A stretch of 55,269 bases of DNA from Flavobacteriales bacterium (lineage in GTDB: Bacteria > Bacteroidota > Bacteroidia > Flavobacteriales_G > NORP312). Shown one piece after another: positions 55,064 through 55,269 of the stretch. The stretch spans positions 1-55,269 of the forward strand of contig JABHTA010000026.1 of the NCBI GenBank assembly GCA_018669945.1, given 5' to 3'. The number at the start of each line of letters is the position of its first letter. The stretch's first letter is position 1. The notes under the pieces were generated by a model. That model ran no database searches, was not told where the DNA came from, and saw nothing but the letters and a program-made list of their open reading frames with translations. A program made the position numbers and the translations under genes.

Positions 55064-55269
55064 TTAATTAATTGTATAGGTAGATGCAATGATAATGCTC
55101 TTATCCAAAGACTGAACCACAGAGCAATATTTTTCTAATGCCAAGCTAATCGCTCGGGCTAATTTATTCTCTTCTACATCTCCTTGAATGGAAAAGTGAA
55201 AGCTAATAACGTTAAATGCTTTTGCGGGACTATCGTCACGTTTGCCTGTTACCAAAACCTGAACATCCA
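55064..55269 (-). CDS. OsmC/Ohr family protein, C-terminal part (5' end lies outside the window)
   Basis: The frame stays open to the window edge (..DVQVLVTGKRDD..). The C-terminal LALEKYCSVVQSL carries the conserved OsmC Cys. Confidence 0.7.
   Translation of the reverse strand, partial: DVQVLVTGKRDDSPAKAFNVISFHFSIQGDVEENKLARAISLALEKYCSVVQSLDKSIIIASTYTIN

Noticed and set aside
1-55269. Canonical defence, toxin-antitoxin, prophage or mobile-element content
   Set aside because: I recognise no nuclease/helicase/methylase combinations, cas genes, phage structural genes, integrases or transposases in any supported ORF.

Overview
Low-GC window from a Bacteroidota chromosome, probably Flavobacteriales (Cryomorphaceae/Crocinitomicaceae-like; this placement is inference). 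Supporting signs are TAnnTTTG -7 promoter boxes, a type IX secretion (T9SS) type-B C-terminal sorting domain (CTD) cargo gene followed by PorP/SprF and OmpA genes, and frequent TAATG/ATGA start-stop overlaps. I call about 45 protein genes, two tRNAs (Leu-CAA, Ala-GGC), three clear rho-independent terminators and two probable gene remnants. Most of the window is housekeeping: dxr, rseP, pyrC, tyrS, ileS-dksA-lspA, asd, truA, the kdsB-kdsD-kdsA KDO genes, fhs, tpx and dCMP deaminase. I found no CRISPR array, rRNA, transposase, integrase, prophage or recognisable defence genes. Five regions are not ordinary. (1) 13.6-25.5 kb is a four-gene, start/stop-overlapping operon led by a 2733-aa T9SS type-B cargo protein. 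It is built from two families of tandem repeats, and one family carries the Bacteroidota O-glycosylation sequon at a fixed position. (2) 27.9-38.8 kb is a formate/C1/molybdenum-cofactor cluster in which a membrane HisKA_2 histidine kinase is translationally coupled between the beta and alpha subunits of a Cys-type NAD-linked formate dehydrogenase. (3) 4.6-9.1 kb holds a TMTC/DUF1736-like GT-C glycosyltransferase with TPR repeats and a polyprenyl-phosphate-mannose synthase, bracketing an orphan SiaB/SiaC-like partner-switch pair. (4) A T9SS cargo gene is truncated against the tRNA-Ala terminator. (5) A DnaQ-like exonuclease N-terminal stub lies next to asd. All calls rest on reading the supplied translations and sequence by eye; no database search was run.
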